A DNA stretch of 64,000 nucleotides from Bdellovibrionales bacterium. GTDB taxonomy: Bacteria > Bdellovibrionota > Bdellovibrionia > Bdellovibrionales > UBA1609. Below are positions 28,116-38,245 of the stretch, piece after piece. How positions within the stretch are numbered: the first letter of the stretch is position 1; every line of letters starts with the position of its first letter. Location: the NCBI GenBank assembly GCA_965219095.1, contig CBDCMT010000001.1, forward strand, positions 576,001 through 640,000. Reading direction: 5' to 3'. The notes under the pieces are model-generated. The model saw nothing but the letters and a program-made list of their open reading frames with translations. It did no database searches and was not told the origin of the DNA. The position numbers and the translations under genes are program-made.

Positions 28116-28921
28116 CGGGTATGATTTTATGTGCAGGACGGGGTGAAAGGTTTAAACCTTATACAGAGCTTCTTCCTAAACCAGCTTTACCTTTTTTAGG
28201 GGCACCTCTTATAAGCTACCCCTATCATTATTTGAAAATGTGTTCAGACCTCCATAAAATTGTGATCAATACACATCATCTTGCTTATGAAATGAAAAAA
28301 CAAGCAGAAAAGATTATTAAAGACAAAACTCTTCTTTTTTCAGAAGAAAAGGATTTACTTCTTACAGGAGGGGGGGTTGTGAAGATGGCATCTTTGGTTT
28401 TTGAAAAGAAAGATTTTCTTGTTCTCAATGGTGATTCTGTTTTTCTCCACCCTAATGTCAACTTTTTAAACACTGTTTTAGAAGTTCATAGAAGCTCTCA
28501 AGCACAGGCCACTTTAGTGATCACTTCACAACCTTATGACAAAAATACATCCTTTTCTCCAGTATGGTATGAAGCCTCTACAAAAAAAATCTCTCTTAAA
28601 AAAAAGAAAGGATTTAGTCCGGCTCTTTACATAGGAGTTATGGCTTTATCTTATTCTCTCATAAAAAAAATGCCTTCCAGAAAACCCTTTCACATCTTTC
28701 AAGAAGATTTTTTCAACGAAGAAAGTACAAAAGCTTTCTATGATCCTCAAGTCTTGTGGTTTGAGATAGGGGATTTAAAGTCTTATCTTCGCTCTAGTGT
28801 TTCTGTTTCTCAAATTTTAAAACAAAGCCCTTATCTTTTAAAAAATTTTTTATTTCAAGATGTTTTTTCTTTTTCACATTTTAAAGAGGAGGATTTTAAA
28901 TCCCTTTTACCGCAAAACTAA
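28112..28921 (+). CDS. murU: MurU-like sugar-1-phosphate nucleotidyltransferase
   Basis: MILCAGRGER.KPYT..LPKP, INTHH, TGGG, NGD. Confidence 0.75.
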   Translation: MTGMILCAGRGERFKPYTELLPKPALPFLGAPLISYPYHYLKMCSDLHKIVINTHHLAYEMKKQAEKIIKDKTLLFSEEKDLLLTGGGVVKMASLVFEKKDFLVLNGDSVFLHPNVNFLNTVLEVHRSSQAQATLVITSQPYDKNTSFSPVWYEASTKKISLKKKKGFSPALYIGVMALSYSLIKKMPSRKPFHIFQEDFFNEESTKAFYDPQVLWFEIGDLKSYLRSSVSVSQILKQSPYLLKNFLFQDVFSFSHFKEEDFKSLLPQN

Positions 28922-29199
28922 AGAGTTTCTTTAATTTCAAAGAAAAGAAACTCTTTTTGTTCTTCAATATGGCTGATTTCTACTTTCTCTACAACAGATG
29001 CAGGAGGACCTTGATAACTCCACTCCAGCATCTTTTTCAGAGTATTTTTGTTTTGGGATTGAATGTAGGCTTCAACAGATCCGTTCTTTCTGTTTCTCAC
29101 CCAACCTGTAACGGATAGCTCTAAGGCTTTTTCTTTCATACTATTTCTATAAAAGACCCCTTGCACCTTTCCATAAATACGCAGAAGTTTAGAGTTCAC
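28918..29199 (-). CDS. acyP: Acylphosphatase
   Basis: GKVQGVFYR, GWVRN..NGSVE, GPP. Confidence 0.93.
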   Translation of the reverse strand: MNSKLLRIYGKVQGVFYRNSMKEKALELSVTGWVRNRKNGSVEAYIQSQNKNTLKKMLEWSYQGPPASVVEKVEISHIEEQKEFLFFEIKETL

Positions 29200-29659
29200 T
29201 TTTGATATCTCTTATGAGACCCTTACAGGCATCTTCTAAAATATCTAAAACTAAATCAAAACCTTCACCTCCTTTTTGATAAGGATCGGGAACTTCGTCT
29301 CTATTATGTATTTTACAGAAACTGGTCATTTTAAAAACTTTACTTTTAAATTCTTTCTTAAATGTTAGGCTTATAATATCTTCGTAGTTAGATTGATCCA
29401 TAGTGATGATTTGATCAAAAATTTCAAAATCGTTAAGAGTAAAAGCCCTTGAAAGGCTTGTAAGCTCATATCCTCTTTTCTTGCCATAACTTACGGATCT
29501 TGGATCAGGAAGTGAATTTTTATGATAAGACGAAATTCCTGCTGAGTCACAAGTTATGTGCTTTTCCAACTCCTCTTCTTGAATCATTTTTTTAAAAATA
29601 GCTTCTGCTGTAGGAGAACGGCAGATATTTCCTAAGCATACAAAAAGGATTTTTTTCAT
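29189..29659 (-). CDS. Low-molecular-weight protein-tyrosine phosphatase
   Basis: VCLGNICRSP, DSAG, VPDPY. Confidence 0.95.
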   Translation of the reverse strand: MKKILFVCLGNICRSPTAEAIFKKMIQEEELEKHITCDSAGISSYHKNSLPDPRSVSYGKKRGYELTSLSRAFTLNDFEIFDQIITMDQSNYEDIISLTFKKEFKSKVFKMTSFCKIHNRDEVPDPYQKGGEGFDLVLDILEDACKGLIRDIKSEL

Positions 29660-30054
29660 GACTTTCTTTTAAAGTGAAGGGCAAGAGAATTGATGCAGTA
29701 TCTTTTCCCTGTAGGTTTAGGACCATCTGAGAAGAGATGTCCTAAATGGGCATCACAATGAACACAAAGCACTTCTATTCTTTTTCTGAAGAGAGAAAAA
29801 TCAGGTTTTGTACTAATGTTATTTTGATTATAGGCATCATAAAAACTAGGCCAACCTGTTCCAGAGTTGAATTTAGTTTCAGAAGAAAAAAGCTCTTTAT
29901 CACAACAAACACAGTGATAAAGACCTTTTTGTGAAGAAGATTCTTTTTCTGTAAAAGGTTTTTCGGTCGCTTTTTTACGTGTGATTCGAAATTGCTCTTT
30001 TGTGAGACGTTCTTTCCAATAAGATTTAGGTTTTGATTTTAAGTCTTCTGTCAT
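29656..30054 (-). CDS. msrB: Peptide-methionine (R)-S-oxide reductase
   Basis: SGTGWPSF, HLGHLF.DGP.PTG.RYCINS. Confidence 0.96.
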   Translation of the reverse strand: MTEDLKSKPKSYWKERLTKEQFRITRKKATEKPFTEKESSSQKGLYHCVCCDKELFSSETKFNSGTGWPSFYDAYNQNNISTKPDFSLFRKRIEVLCVHCDAHLGHLFSDGPKPTGKRYCINSLALHFKRKS

Positions 30055-30372
30055 GACTTAAGAATATACTAAAATTTATTTCTGTCAAACTGACTTCATA
30101 CATATGAGTATATAAAATAGCCTAAAAGGATTTTATGAGAAGTTCTTTTTCGTTGGAGAATAATAAGAGAAGTAATAGGATTCATTAGGGCATTTTATAC
30201 GTTATTACAATAATAAGGTACTCCTTACTCCTTAACCAGGCACATAGACTATAAATTTGACAACAAAAAACCACATTCTACAAGAAAGACTTTATAAAGT
30301 TTTTACTCTTTCCTTCTTGACAAACTGGTTCTCCCTATGAGAGCGGTTAAAAGGCCTAAGTTAATACCTTAG

Positions 30373-30921
30373 ATGTTAAGGACTTTTATGATCTATTACG
30401 AAAGACGCACCATTCATCTTTTTAAAGATGAAAAAGTTGATAAAGAACTTGTGAAGAAAGCTCTTTCTACAGCTCTTTATGCACCTAATCACTTCCATAC
30501 ACAACCTTGGTCTTTTGTTTGGTTGGGGACTAAAACAAGAAAACAGCTTGCAGAAAGAAGCTTTGAGTTAAAAAAGGACGGATCTGAAATGGTAAAGAAA
30601 AAAATTCTAGAAAAATTTATGACTCCCTCTGATTTGATTGTGCTGTTGTGCAAAAAATCATCTGATTTCCAAAGATTTTTAGAGGATTACGCTTCTGTGG
30701 CTTGTGGTGTACAGAATATAAGCCTTTTTTTATGGTCTCAAAAAATAGGGACCAAATGGTCAACAGGGACTATAACTCAAGACTATAAACTCTATGAGTT
30801 TATAGGAATTGACCCCCTACAGCACCAATCTGTAGGGTTTTTGTGGATTGGTGTGCCTAAAAAAATTCCCCCTTGCCCCCCTAAAATCTCCTTGAATTCA
30901 GTGTTGAAGTATGTTCCTTGA
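30373..30921 (+). CDS. Nitroreductase-family protein
   Basis: RRTIH.F, APNH.HTQPW.F, A...QN..L......IG..WST. Confidence 0.9.
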   Translation: MLRTFMIYYERRTIHLFKDEKVDKELVKKALSTALYAPNHFHTQPWSFVWLGTKTRKQLAERSFELKKDGSEMVKKKILEKFMTPSDLIVLLCKKSSDFQRFLEDYASVACGVQNISLFLWSQKIGTKWSTGTITQDYKLYEFIGIDPLQHQSVGFLWIGVPKKIPPCPPKISLNSVLKYVP

Positions 30922-31071
30922 TGCAAAAAAGGATTTGAACCTTTTTTAATAAAATAGGATTGACATAGAGGAAAATCATTATACTCTATGGTTTTAAGAA
31001 AATGACAAACTTTATGGATTAAAGTTCGCATTTTTTTAGAGATCTTATTTTCTTGTGACAAAGAAAGGAGT

Positions 31072-31785
31072 TTGGATATGAGAGCCCTTGTTTTTGAAAA
31101 CAATAAAGTCCCCTATTTTCCTGAATCTTTAAGGCATTTCATACGTGTGCCACAAGTGATGAGTAAAATTAATGAAGTACAAAGTATTTGGAATAATCAT
31201 TTTGATTCTGAGTTCAATCTTATCAACCGCATTACTTTAGAGGGACATCTTATTTTATCTAACGAGAACTTAAGGTCTCTTCTTTTAGGGGTTGTACAAA
31301 TTGGGTTTTTTCATCGCTACATAAGCAAGAACCCTTACCCACAAGTCGTTATGGGTCAAGTCAGTGGGTTTTCTCCTATTCTATCTTGTATTAATAAAGT
31401 AAAATTTGAAGATGCTGTTTTAAGTTTTCTTAAAAAGGACGGATTTTGGAAACTATCTACTTGTGAGTTAAGTCAAGAAGAGCAGTTAAAGCAGTATGAA
31501 AAGGATGAGTTTCATATCTTTAAATTGTGTCAAAAAGATGAATCAACTTTCTACGAAAAAGTGTTTGGGGGAGAATTTCAAACGTGCATGAAACAACTGA
31601 TTGAGAAAGACAGCTTTCCTTCCTTTGTCTGGATAGGAAATCATTCTATGATAAAAAAATTAGAACATCAATTCAAGAAAGTCGATTTTAAGGATATTGT
31701 GGATTTAGAGCCAGAATTTGCTCAAGTTTATTGGAAAGACTTAAAGGAGTGCCTTGGAATTCAGCCACCTAGGTTAGATCACTAG
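31072..31785 (+). CDS. Hypothetical protein, degenerate FabD/acyltransferase-like
   Basis: P.VVMGQVSG.S......VKFEDAV aligns by eye to FabD P...AGHSLGEY......IDFADAV. Confidence 0.5.
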   Translation: MDMRALVFENNKVPYFPESLRHFIRVPQVMSKINEVQSIWNNHFDSEFNLINRITLEGHLILSNENLRSLLLGVVQIGFFHRYISKNPYPQVVMGQVSGFSPILSCINKVKFEDAVLSFLKKDGFWKLSTCELSQEEQLKQYEKDEFHIFKLCQKDESTFYEKVFGGEFQTCMKQLIEKDSFPSFVWIGNHSMIKKLEHQFKKVDFKDIVDLEPEFAQVYWKDLKECLGIQPPRLDH

Positions 31786-32330
31786 TTCTTTATCCATAAG
31801 GTTTCTTCTTTGTTGCTTAAGTGATTTAAAAATCGAGCAAGAACAAATAAATAATCGCTTAAACGGTTGAGATATTTTACAAAAAATAGATTTTCTAAAT
31901 TTTCTTCTGATAATAAAACTACAACATGTCTCTCAGCTCTTCTACAAATAGTACGAGTTTGATGGGCTAAAGAGGCCGACATACAACCTCCAGGTAAAAT
32001 GAAATTAGAAAGAGGCTTCAAATTTTTGTTCATAAAATCTATTTGTTCTTCTAATGCCTCAATAAAGGTTTCCTTTAGTAAAGGGAGTTTGTTTTTTAAA
32101 GATTCTTTATTACAGGCAAGATGACTTCCTATATTAAACAAAGCACTTTGTATTTCAATAAGATTTTCCTTTATGTTCTTGTCTTGCAAAGAGGACCTTA
32201 AAACACCTATATGAGAATTTAATTCATCAATGGCTCCATAAGCCTTTAAACGTAAATGAGATTTTAAAACTCTTTCTCCTCCTAAAAGAGAGGTCTTTCC
32301 TGAATCACCCTTTTTTGTATAGATTTTCAT
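31782..32330 (-). CDS. PduO-type ATP:cob(I)alamin adenosyltransferase
   Basis: KIYTKKGD.G.TSL, YGAIDELNS, FILPGG, RTICRRAER, YLNRLSDYLF. Confidence 0.95.
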   Translation of the reverse strand: MKIYTKKGDSGKTSLLGGERVLKSHLRLKAYGAIDELNSHIGVLRSSLQDKNIKENLIEIQSALFNIGSHLACNKESLKNKLPLLKETFIEALEEQIDFMNKNLKPLSNFILPGGCMSASLAHQTRTICRRAERHVVVLLSEENLENLFFVKYLNRLSDYLFVLARFLNHLSNKEETLWIKN

Positions 32331-32470
32331 AAAAAGAAAGTATCACTAAGGTGAGTTGATAAGCAAATGTAAAGTGTTTTTAAGTAGACAGATGTAAGTT
32401 TTTTGCACAACGTCATTGAATGTGGGTCGCTTGTACTCTCATAAGAAATACACTAGTTTTTAGGATTGAA

Positions 32471-33265
32471 ATGAAACCTTTAATGGCCTCGATTGCTCAT
32501 TCAGGAGAAGAGGTATCGCCTCTAGCTACTTGGCTTAAAGATCAACCTGAAGAGGTACTGCTTTGTGATCTTGATCGTTTTGTAGATAAACTTTATGAGC
32601 CGGTTTTAAAAAATTTAAACCTTCCAACGATAAGAACTTCTTGGAGTCGTTACAATATGGATTGTAATCGTAGACCTGATGACTTAGATTCTAGAGCTGT
32701 GGAAATAGAGGGGGCAAAAAGAACATCAGATTATGGTTTTGGACTTTATTGGCTTACGACTACAAAAGGTCACCCTTTGATAAAAAAACCTATCAGTGAA
32801 AAAGAGCATAAAGCTCTTTTTGAGCTTTGTTACAAACCTTTTCATAAGAAAATAGAAGAAACAATAGAAAAAATGAAACAAGATTTTAAAGAGGTCTATC
32901 ATGTAGACTTACATAGCATGCCTTCTCAAGCAACTAAAGTTCATAGTGATACAGGAAAGATGAGACCTGAGGTCACAATCAGTAACAACAAAGGTCTGTC
33001 TTGTTGTGAGTTTTTTACTGAACTTGTTGTGAAATCTTATAAAGACGTAGGGTTTGAGGTCTCTTTAAATTGGCCTTATGAAGGGGGAGGGATGACTACT
33101 TTATATGGAAAGCCTCAAAAAAATCAACATACTTTACAGATAGAGTTGAATCGAAAGCTTTATATGGATGAAACAACAAAAAAGCCACTTAAAGGTGAAT
33201 TTGAGAGAATACAAGAACGATTAAGCCAAGCTCTTACCAAAATTTACAGAGGGCTTTCTTTATGA
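32471..33265 (+). CDS. N-formylglutamate amidohydrolase
   Basis: HSG, D.FVD.LY, SRY..D.NR, DLHSMPS, N.PY.GG, LQIELNR.LYMDE. Confidence 0.9.
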   Translation: MKPLMASIAHSGEEVSPLATWLKDQPEEVLLCDLDRFVDKLYEPVLKNLNLPTIRTSWSRYNMDCNRRPDDLDSRAVEIEGAKRTSDYGFGLYWLTTTKGHPLIKKPISEKEHKALFELCYKPFHKKIEETIEKMKQDFKEVYHVDLHSMPSQATKVHSDTGKMRPEVTISNNKGLSCCEFFTELVVKSYKDVGFEVSLNWPYEGGGMTTLYGKPQKNQHTLQIELNRKLYMDETTKKPLKGEFERIQERLSQALTKIYRGLSL

Positions 33266-34587
33266 AAAGGCATGTACTACTTTTAATGCTTCCCCTCTCT
33301 TTCATAGAAGCTCGTGTTGTTTCTCTTAGTCAACTTATAGATCAGTTCTTTAAAAATAACTCTCAGCTTATGGCTTTAAAAGAATCTAAAAAAATTGCTG
33401 AATCTCAATATAAAAAATCTCTTTCTTCTTTCTTTCCTAAAATTGATTTAAACACGTCCTATACTAAAACCACAAATTCTTCTCCAATTCCTCCCTCATT
33501 CGAAATACAAAAAAATACAAACACTACGTACAATGGCCATATACAACTCACTCAGCCTCTTTTTCTAGGAGGAAAGCTTTTATCCTCTAAGAAATTAGCT
33601 CAAGCAGGAAAATATACGGCCTATCAAACTTACGAAAAACAAAAACAAACTCTTTTGGTTCAGCTTTTGATGACTGCTTATAACTTAGCTTTTCTCAAAG
33701 AACAAGAAAAAGTTCTGCTTGCTTCTCAAAAGTACTACTCTCGTCTTGTTGATTTAAACCAAAAAAAATTAAAATCAGGTAATGCCCTTTCTTACGAATA
33801 TTATCAATCAAGAGCAGAGCTTTACTCTTATAATTCAAGACTGAAATCTTTAGCTCAAAAAAAAAGGCTTAACCATAGCATTTTAAAAAGCCTTTTAGAA
33901 ACAGAAAACTTAAACCCTGTAAAAATACCTCTTCCCACCGGTTTTCTAGAAGATAAAATAGAAGAATTCTTAAAGATTCCAGAAAAGAAACTTTTGGATC
34001 AGGCTATAAAAAAAAATAGAGATTTTCTTTTAGCCAAGAAAAAGGTTCAGATATTAAGACTTCAAAGGTCTTTAGCTCTTTCGAGCCATCTACCTTCTCT
34101 TACGTTCTCTTACCAATATGGATATTTCTCTTTTCCTCAATCTAGAGGTTTAGATAAAAGACCTCGCACTTCTCAATGGATCTTCTCTTTAAGGATTCCA
34201 CTTTTTTCGGGACTTAGTTTTTTGCAGGAAAAAAAGATCCAAAGTGGACGTTTTTTTGTGGCTCAAAAAAAATTAAGACATCAAATTCTAGCTCTTCCTC
34301 CTAGGATTAAGGAGCAACATCAAAACCTAAAAGAAGCCTCCCATATTTTACAGGAAAATAGAAAATGGGTGGCTTCAGCTAAAAAGGCACATAAAAACGC
34401 AGAAAAACACTTCCGTAGCGGCCGTATTGGCACTGTCCAGATGGTCCAAGTACAAAGCTTAAAAGAAAGGGCTCTTTTAAGCTACTTACAATCCCTAGAA
34501 AATCTTTACAGACAACTTATGAAGCTTCAAATGTCTTTAGGTTATAAATTGGAAGAAATTTATGCTGGAAAACAGTATGAAAAATAG
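33262..34587 (+). CDS. TolC-family outer membrane protein
   Basis: FFPKIDL, LTQPLFLGG, LPSL, L.IPLFSG duplicated OEP motifs. Confidence 0.9.
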   Translation: MKRHVLLLMLPLSFIEARVVSLSQLIDQFFKNNSQLMALKESKKIAESQYKKSLSSFFPKIDLNTSYTKTTNSSPIPPSFEIQKNTNTTYNGHIQLTQPLFLGGKLLSSKKLAQAGKYTAYQTYEKQKQTLLVQLLMTAYNLAFLKEQEKVLLASQKYYSRLVDLNQKKLKSGNALSYEYYQSRAELYSYNSRLKSLAQKKRLNHSILKSLLETENLNPVKIPLPTGFLEDKIEEFLKIPEKKLLDQAIKKNRDFLLAKKKVQILRLQRSLALSSHLPSLTFSYQYGYFSFPQSRGLDKRPRTSQWIFSLRIPLFSGLSFLQEKKIQSGRFFVAQKKLRHQILALPPRIKEQHQNLKEASHILQENRKWVASAKKAHKNAEKHFRSGRIGTVQMVQVQSLKERALLSYLQSLENLYRQLMKLQMSLGYKLEEIYAGKQYEK

Positions 34588-34689
34588 ATTTTTCTTAGGA
34601 AACTATAATTTTTTTTTTGGTTTATTTACTGTCTTATAGGATTAGGAACGTCTGTTTGCGTATGGTCTTTTCTTATCATCTCTGAAGAG

Positions 34690-36117
34690 TTGATTTCATC
34701 CGGTGATTTTATTTATATTCTTATAGGTCTTTTTTTACTTGTCCTTTTTTTGAAAATTCCTAGGAAGTACAACAAACGTTTGGCTTCCTTAAAAATAGCT
34801 GTTTTAACTTTTGTTTTAGTGTCTTTGGTTTTATCTATAGGAACTTTTGTGGAAAGCTTTTACGGTTCTCTTTATGCTCAAAAGAAAATCTACCACTCTC
34901 TTTGGGCTCTATCTATATGGGGTTTTTTAAGTTTAGTTTTGATTGCAGTTATGAGAGACAGGTTTCCATGGAGAAAAAGACACATTTCTTTTTTAACAGC
35001 CCATGTAGGACTTTTAATGATCTTTTTAGGCTCTCTTGTAACACAGAAGTATGGGGTTGATGGCTCATTGGCTTTAGAACTCAAAGACGAGAAACAAAAG
35101 TGGATTTACTTAAAAGACAGAGAGCTTTCTGTTTATGCTTCTTTAGATGGCCAAAATTTAAGAGAGATCAAAAAACAAAGTGTCGATTTTATAGGGAAAA
35201 AAACTAAGCTTAAGTGGAATATAGGCTCTTATGAACTAGAAGTTTTAGATTACATCCACCATACAAGAAGAGATTCTAAGATAAGAGAAAGTACTGATCA
35301 AAGGGCCTTGCCTGCTTTACAATTTGAACTGAGAAATGAAAACACTCATGTTGTACCTTGGATTCTTTTAGAGAGGAAAAAAGGTTTCAAAACAATAGAT
35401 TTAGGTCCTGCGAAAATAACTTTTTGTTCTCAAAACTATGATAAGAAAATCTCCTTAGGGAAAAAACCACATCTTCTTCTAAGACCTTCTAACAAAAATC
35501 AAATACATTATGAACTATATAAAGGTGATTTGAAAAAAAAAGGTCACTTGCGGAAAGGGAGTATAATTACAACAGGGTGGATGAATTTAAAATTAAGACT
35601 TATAAATTATTATCCTCACGCTGAGGAAGTTGTTTTTTATGATCCTATAAAGTTTGAATCCAAAAGTCCTCTGTCAGCTATCAAATTGAGTTTCGATAAC
35701 AAAATTCACTGGCTGGGTCTTAATTCTGTTTTGAAAATTTTTACAGATAGCGAGTTGTTTTTTATTGTCTACGGAATAAAGAAAATGCCTTTAAAGTTTG
35801 ACATAAAGCTAGAACAATTTATTATAAAAAACTACCCCGGCTCCCAAAAAGCTGCAAGTTATGAAAGCCTTGTGAAAGTCAAAGAACTTCAAAAATTATC
35901 TCGTATTTACATGAATCATCCCTTAAAACACAAGGGCTTTACTTTTTATCAAGCAAGTTTTGAAAAAAACAAAGAGGGGGATCTTGTGAACTCAATTTTA
36001 TCTGTAAATTCAGATCCAGGAAGATGGCTTAAGTATTATGGTTCTTTTTTAGTGATTTTGGGAAGCTTTCTTCTTTTTTACTTTAGGAAGACTTTTTTTA
36101 AAAGGAAGGCACCTTGA
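34690..36117 (+). CDS. ResB/CcsB-like cytochrome c biogenesis protein (possibly starts at 34577 across a T10 tract)
   Basis: LASLKIAV, GTFVES, HVGLL.I..G, MNHPL...G.TFYQASF, VNSDPG. Confidence 0.85.
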   Translation: MISSGDFIYILIGLFLLVLFLKIPRKYNKRLASLKIAVLTFVLVSLVLSIGTFVESFYGSLYAQKKIYHSLWALSIWGFLSLVLIAVMRDRFPWRKRHISFLTAHVGLLMIFLGSLVTQKYGVDGSLALELKDEKQKWIYLKDRELSVYASLDGQNLREIKKQSVDFIGKKTKLKWNIGSYELEVLDYIHHTRRDSKIRESTDQRALPALQFELRNENTHVVPWILLERKKGFKTIDLGPAKITFCSQNYDKKISLGKKPHLLLRPSNKNQIHYELYKGDLKKKGHLRKGSIITTGWMNLKLRLINYYPHAEEVVFYDPIKFESKSPLSAIKLSFDNKIHWLGLNSVLKIFTDSELFFIVYGIKKMPLKFDIKLEQFIIKNYPGSQKAASYESLVKVKELQKLSRIYMNHPLKHKGFTFYQASFEKNKEGDLVNSILSVNSDPGRWLKYYGSFLVILGSFLLFYFRKTFFKRKAP

Positions 36118-36138
36118 AAACAGAAATGTACACAGCAT

Positions 36139-36284
36139 GAAAAAAAGGGAAAAACCCTTTGAGGCCTTAAAAACCAGGCCAGCTAAAGGGTTTAGAATTT
36201 GTCTCGAGAAGCTCACTCCTTCTGCAAGTACTTTAGGGTCACTATCATGGCTTAAACCAGTGACCTGTCTTTTTGATTTACCGT
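36139..36284 (-). ncRNA. Orphan second copy of the IS110 structured leader
   Basis: Near-identical to 26835-26982 except for clustered substitutions; no adjacent IS110 transposase. Confidence 0.5.
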
Positions 36285-36351
36285 CGAAAAAAGATTTAGT
36301 TACACAGATTCAAGGGTATGATTTTCTGGCTACTTATACCAATTACAGAAA
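36283..36351 (+). mobile_element. IS630 (type B) fragments: ORF start plus an inverted right end at TA
   Basis: GTCGAAAAAAGATTTAG...TACTTA matches 47212 onward; TATACCAATTACAGAAA is the reverse complement of 41835-41851. Confidence 0.8.
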
Positions 36352-36374
36352 CCTACAGGTCAAGATTTTAAATT

Positions 36375-36884
36375 CTATAAATTTAAAAAACTCATCCACT
36401 CTTTTATTTTTTCTAAAACATGGAGATACACAAGAGCCTGTAAAATTAAATTAGAATACAATCCTGCCACAACGTCGTCTATGATAACCCCAAAGGCATT
36501 TTTAAAGTGTCTTTCTAAAAAACGAATTCCCAGGGGTTTAACACTATCAAAATATCTAAAAATAACAAAGCCTAGAATAACATAAAAAACCTCAGAAGGT
36601 ATAAGAAACATAGTCATTAAAAAGCCTATACATTCATCAATTACAATAAAAGTTGAATCGTTAGTCTTTGTTTGTTTTTCATAAAAATGTATTAAAATCA
36701 AAGATAAAATTGTAAGTATCAAAGTAAGTAAAGCATAGGTAAAAAATCCGAATTCATAAAAAAGATAGTAAATAGGCAAAGAAGCCAAAGTTCCACAAAG
36801 TCCACTTCTAGGAAGTTTTCCTACATAACATAAGGAAATAAAAAAATCTCTAAAGATGTTTATCTTAGCCATTAAATTCTCCAT
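36375..36884 (-). CDS. pgpA: Phosphatidylglycerophosphatase A
   Basis: IVIDECIG, FRYFD.VKP, GVIIDDVVAG. Confidence 0.92.
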   Translation of the reverse strand: MENLMAKINIFRDFFISLCYVGKLPRSGLCGTLASLPIYYLFYEFGFFTYALLTLILTILSLILIHFYEKQTKTNDSTFIVIDECIGFLMTMFLIPSEVFYVILGFVIFRYFDSVKPLGIRFLERHFKNAFGVIIDDVVAGLYSNLILQALVYLHVLEKIKEWMSFLNL

Positions 36885-37109
36885 AACAGCTTCTTAAGTT
36901 TAAAAGAAAAATAGATGAATGTAATACCATTTCCAAAAATTAATTCGACATTTTTTTAACGCATAGCGTCCTGGATTTTTAATCAAACTCTGTTAAATTT
37001 TTAGAGTGTTTATCAAAAAGTATGTCAAGAAAAAACACTTCTTCATTTACAAAAAATATCAATTCAAGAACTATCGGATCACAAGGAGATTCAAGATGCT
37101 GTTCATAAC

Positions 37110-37827
37110 TATATGAAGCATAGAATTCTTGACGTAATCTACTGGATATTTAATGACGAAGTCACTAAGCTCTGTGGTCCACTATACGATCGAGAGGAAG
37201 AATGCATGCGAAATGGAAGCGATCCTGGGTCTGTTTATGCTCAAGGACAAAGAGTTTCGAATTCGAAAGCCCAGAGTTAAAAAAGACGGAAAAGATGTCA
37301 AACTGCGAACATACTCTGCTTTGAGAAACTACGATATTTTCACTGAAAAGATTCAGAACCACCTTCTCCATGGAGTTCAACAAGGGGTGAACTTCCCCTG
37401 TTTCTGCGGACAGTCAATTTTCTCTTAAAGTCTCCATAAAATGGAGGTAAAAGAAAGACATCAAGAGTTTCGCATTCGTTGGAAAAGACTTCATGGTTCA
37501 GTAGATTATGAATCGGCTTTGAAAGAGCATGAGGAGTTAGTTTGTTGGTTGAAACAGATCAACCATTCAGCTTTAGAATCTCTTGAAGAAGCTTGTAAGG
37601 AGACTTTGACTGTGATTCGTCTTAAAGCTACCATCTCCTTAAAAAAGACTTTACTGTCTACAAATCCTATAGAGTCCATGTTTTCCTACACAAGGTATAG
37701 GACAGGGAGAGTTAAGAACTGGAAGAGAGGAGCAGACCAAGTGAGTCGTTGGGCTGCTGTTACTCTCTTTGATGCTGAGAAAAGATTTAAACGAATCAGA
37801 GACTTTATGTATTTAAAAAACTTTAAA
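37110..37827 (+). pseudogene. IS256-family transposase fragments
   Basis: RNGSDPGSV...IRKPRVK...L.TY; SLEEA..ETLTV.RL....L.KTL.STNPIES; AEKRFKRI. Confidence 0.8.
37388..37458 (+). mobile_element. IS3 left-end fragment inside the IS256 remnant
   Basis: Identical to 62002-62072. Confidence 0.92.
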
Positions 37828-38245
37828 GAAAACTTAACCTCCCCTCAAAAAAAGTTTTTTTAAAATCTCCTAACTGAAGCTTTTCCTTAAGTCAATTTTA
37901 AAATTTTAAATTTGAACATAAAAATGTCTAATTAATTTCTGTAATTGGTATAAATAGAAACATGTAGATTAGCGAACCAAACCACTCAAACTAATGGCGT
38001 AACAAGAAAAGAGTTCTAAAAGAGCTTGTAAACAGTTAGAATTTTGATTTTCCTCACACAAAACTCTAGACCTGAAAAGGTCCACAAAAGTAAAATAGCC
38101 ACAATCCTAAAAAGATCTTGCTATTTTTCTTGATTCTCAGGACCATGTGAATTATTAATCTTCTTAAGAAAATGAAAGACAAAGAGCAGGCAAGGGATCT
38201 CTTTTTAAGTTCCCAAAAAAGGGTTAAAAAAACAGGAAGGTTTTA

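Larger units (their letters stand above)
36924..37950 (+). mobile_element. IS630 (type B) shell containing IS256 and IS3 fragments
   Basis: Both IS630 ends (ATACCATTTCCAAAAATTAATTCGAC...AATTAATTTCTGTAATTGGTA) flanked by TA, transposase absent. Confidence 0.8.

Noticed and set aside
36137..36454. 105-aa plus-strand ORF
   Set aside because: Chance read-through of IS110 leader, IS630 fragments and pgpA antisense
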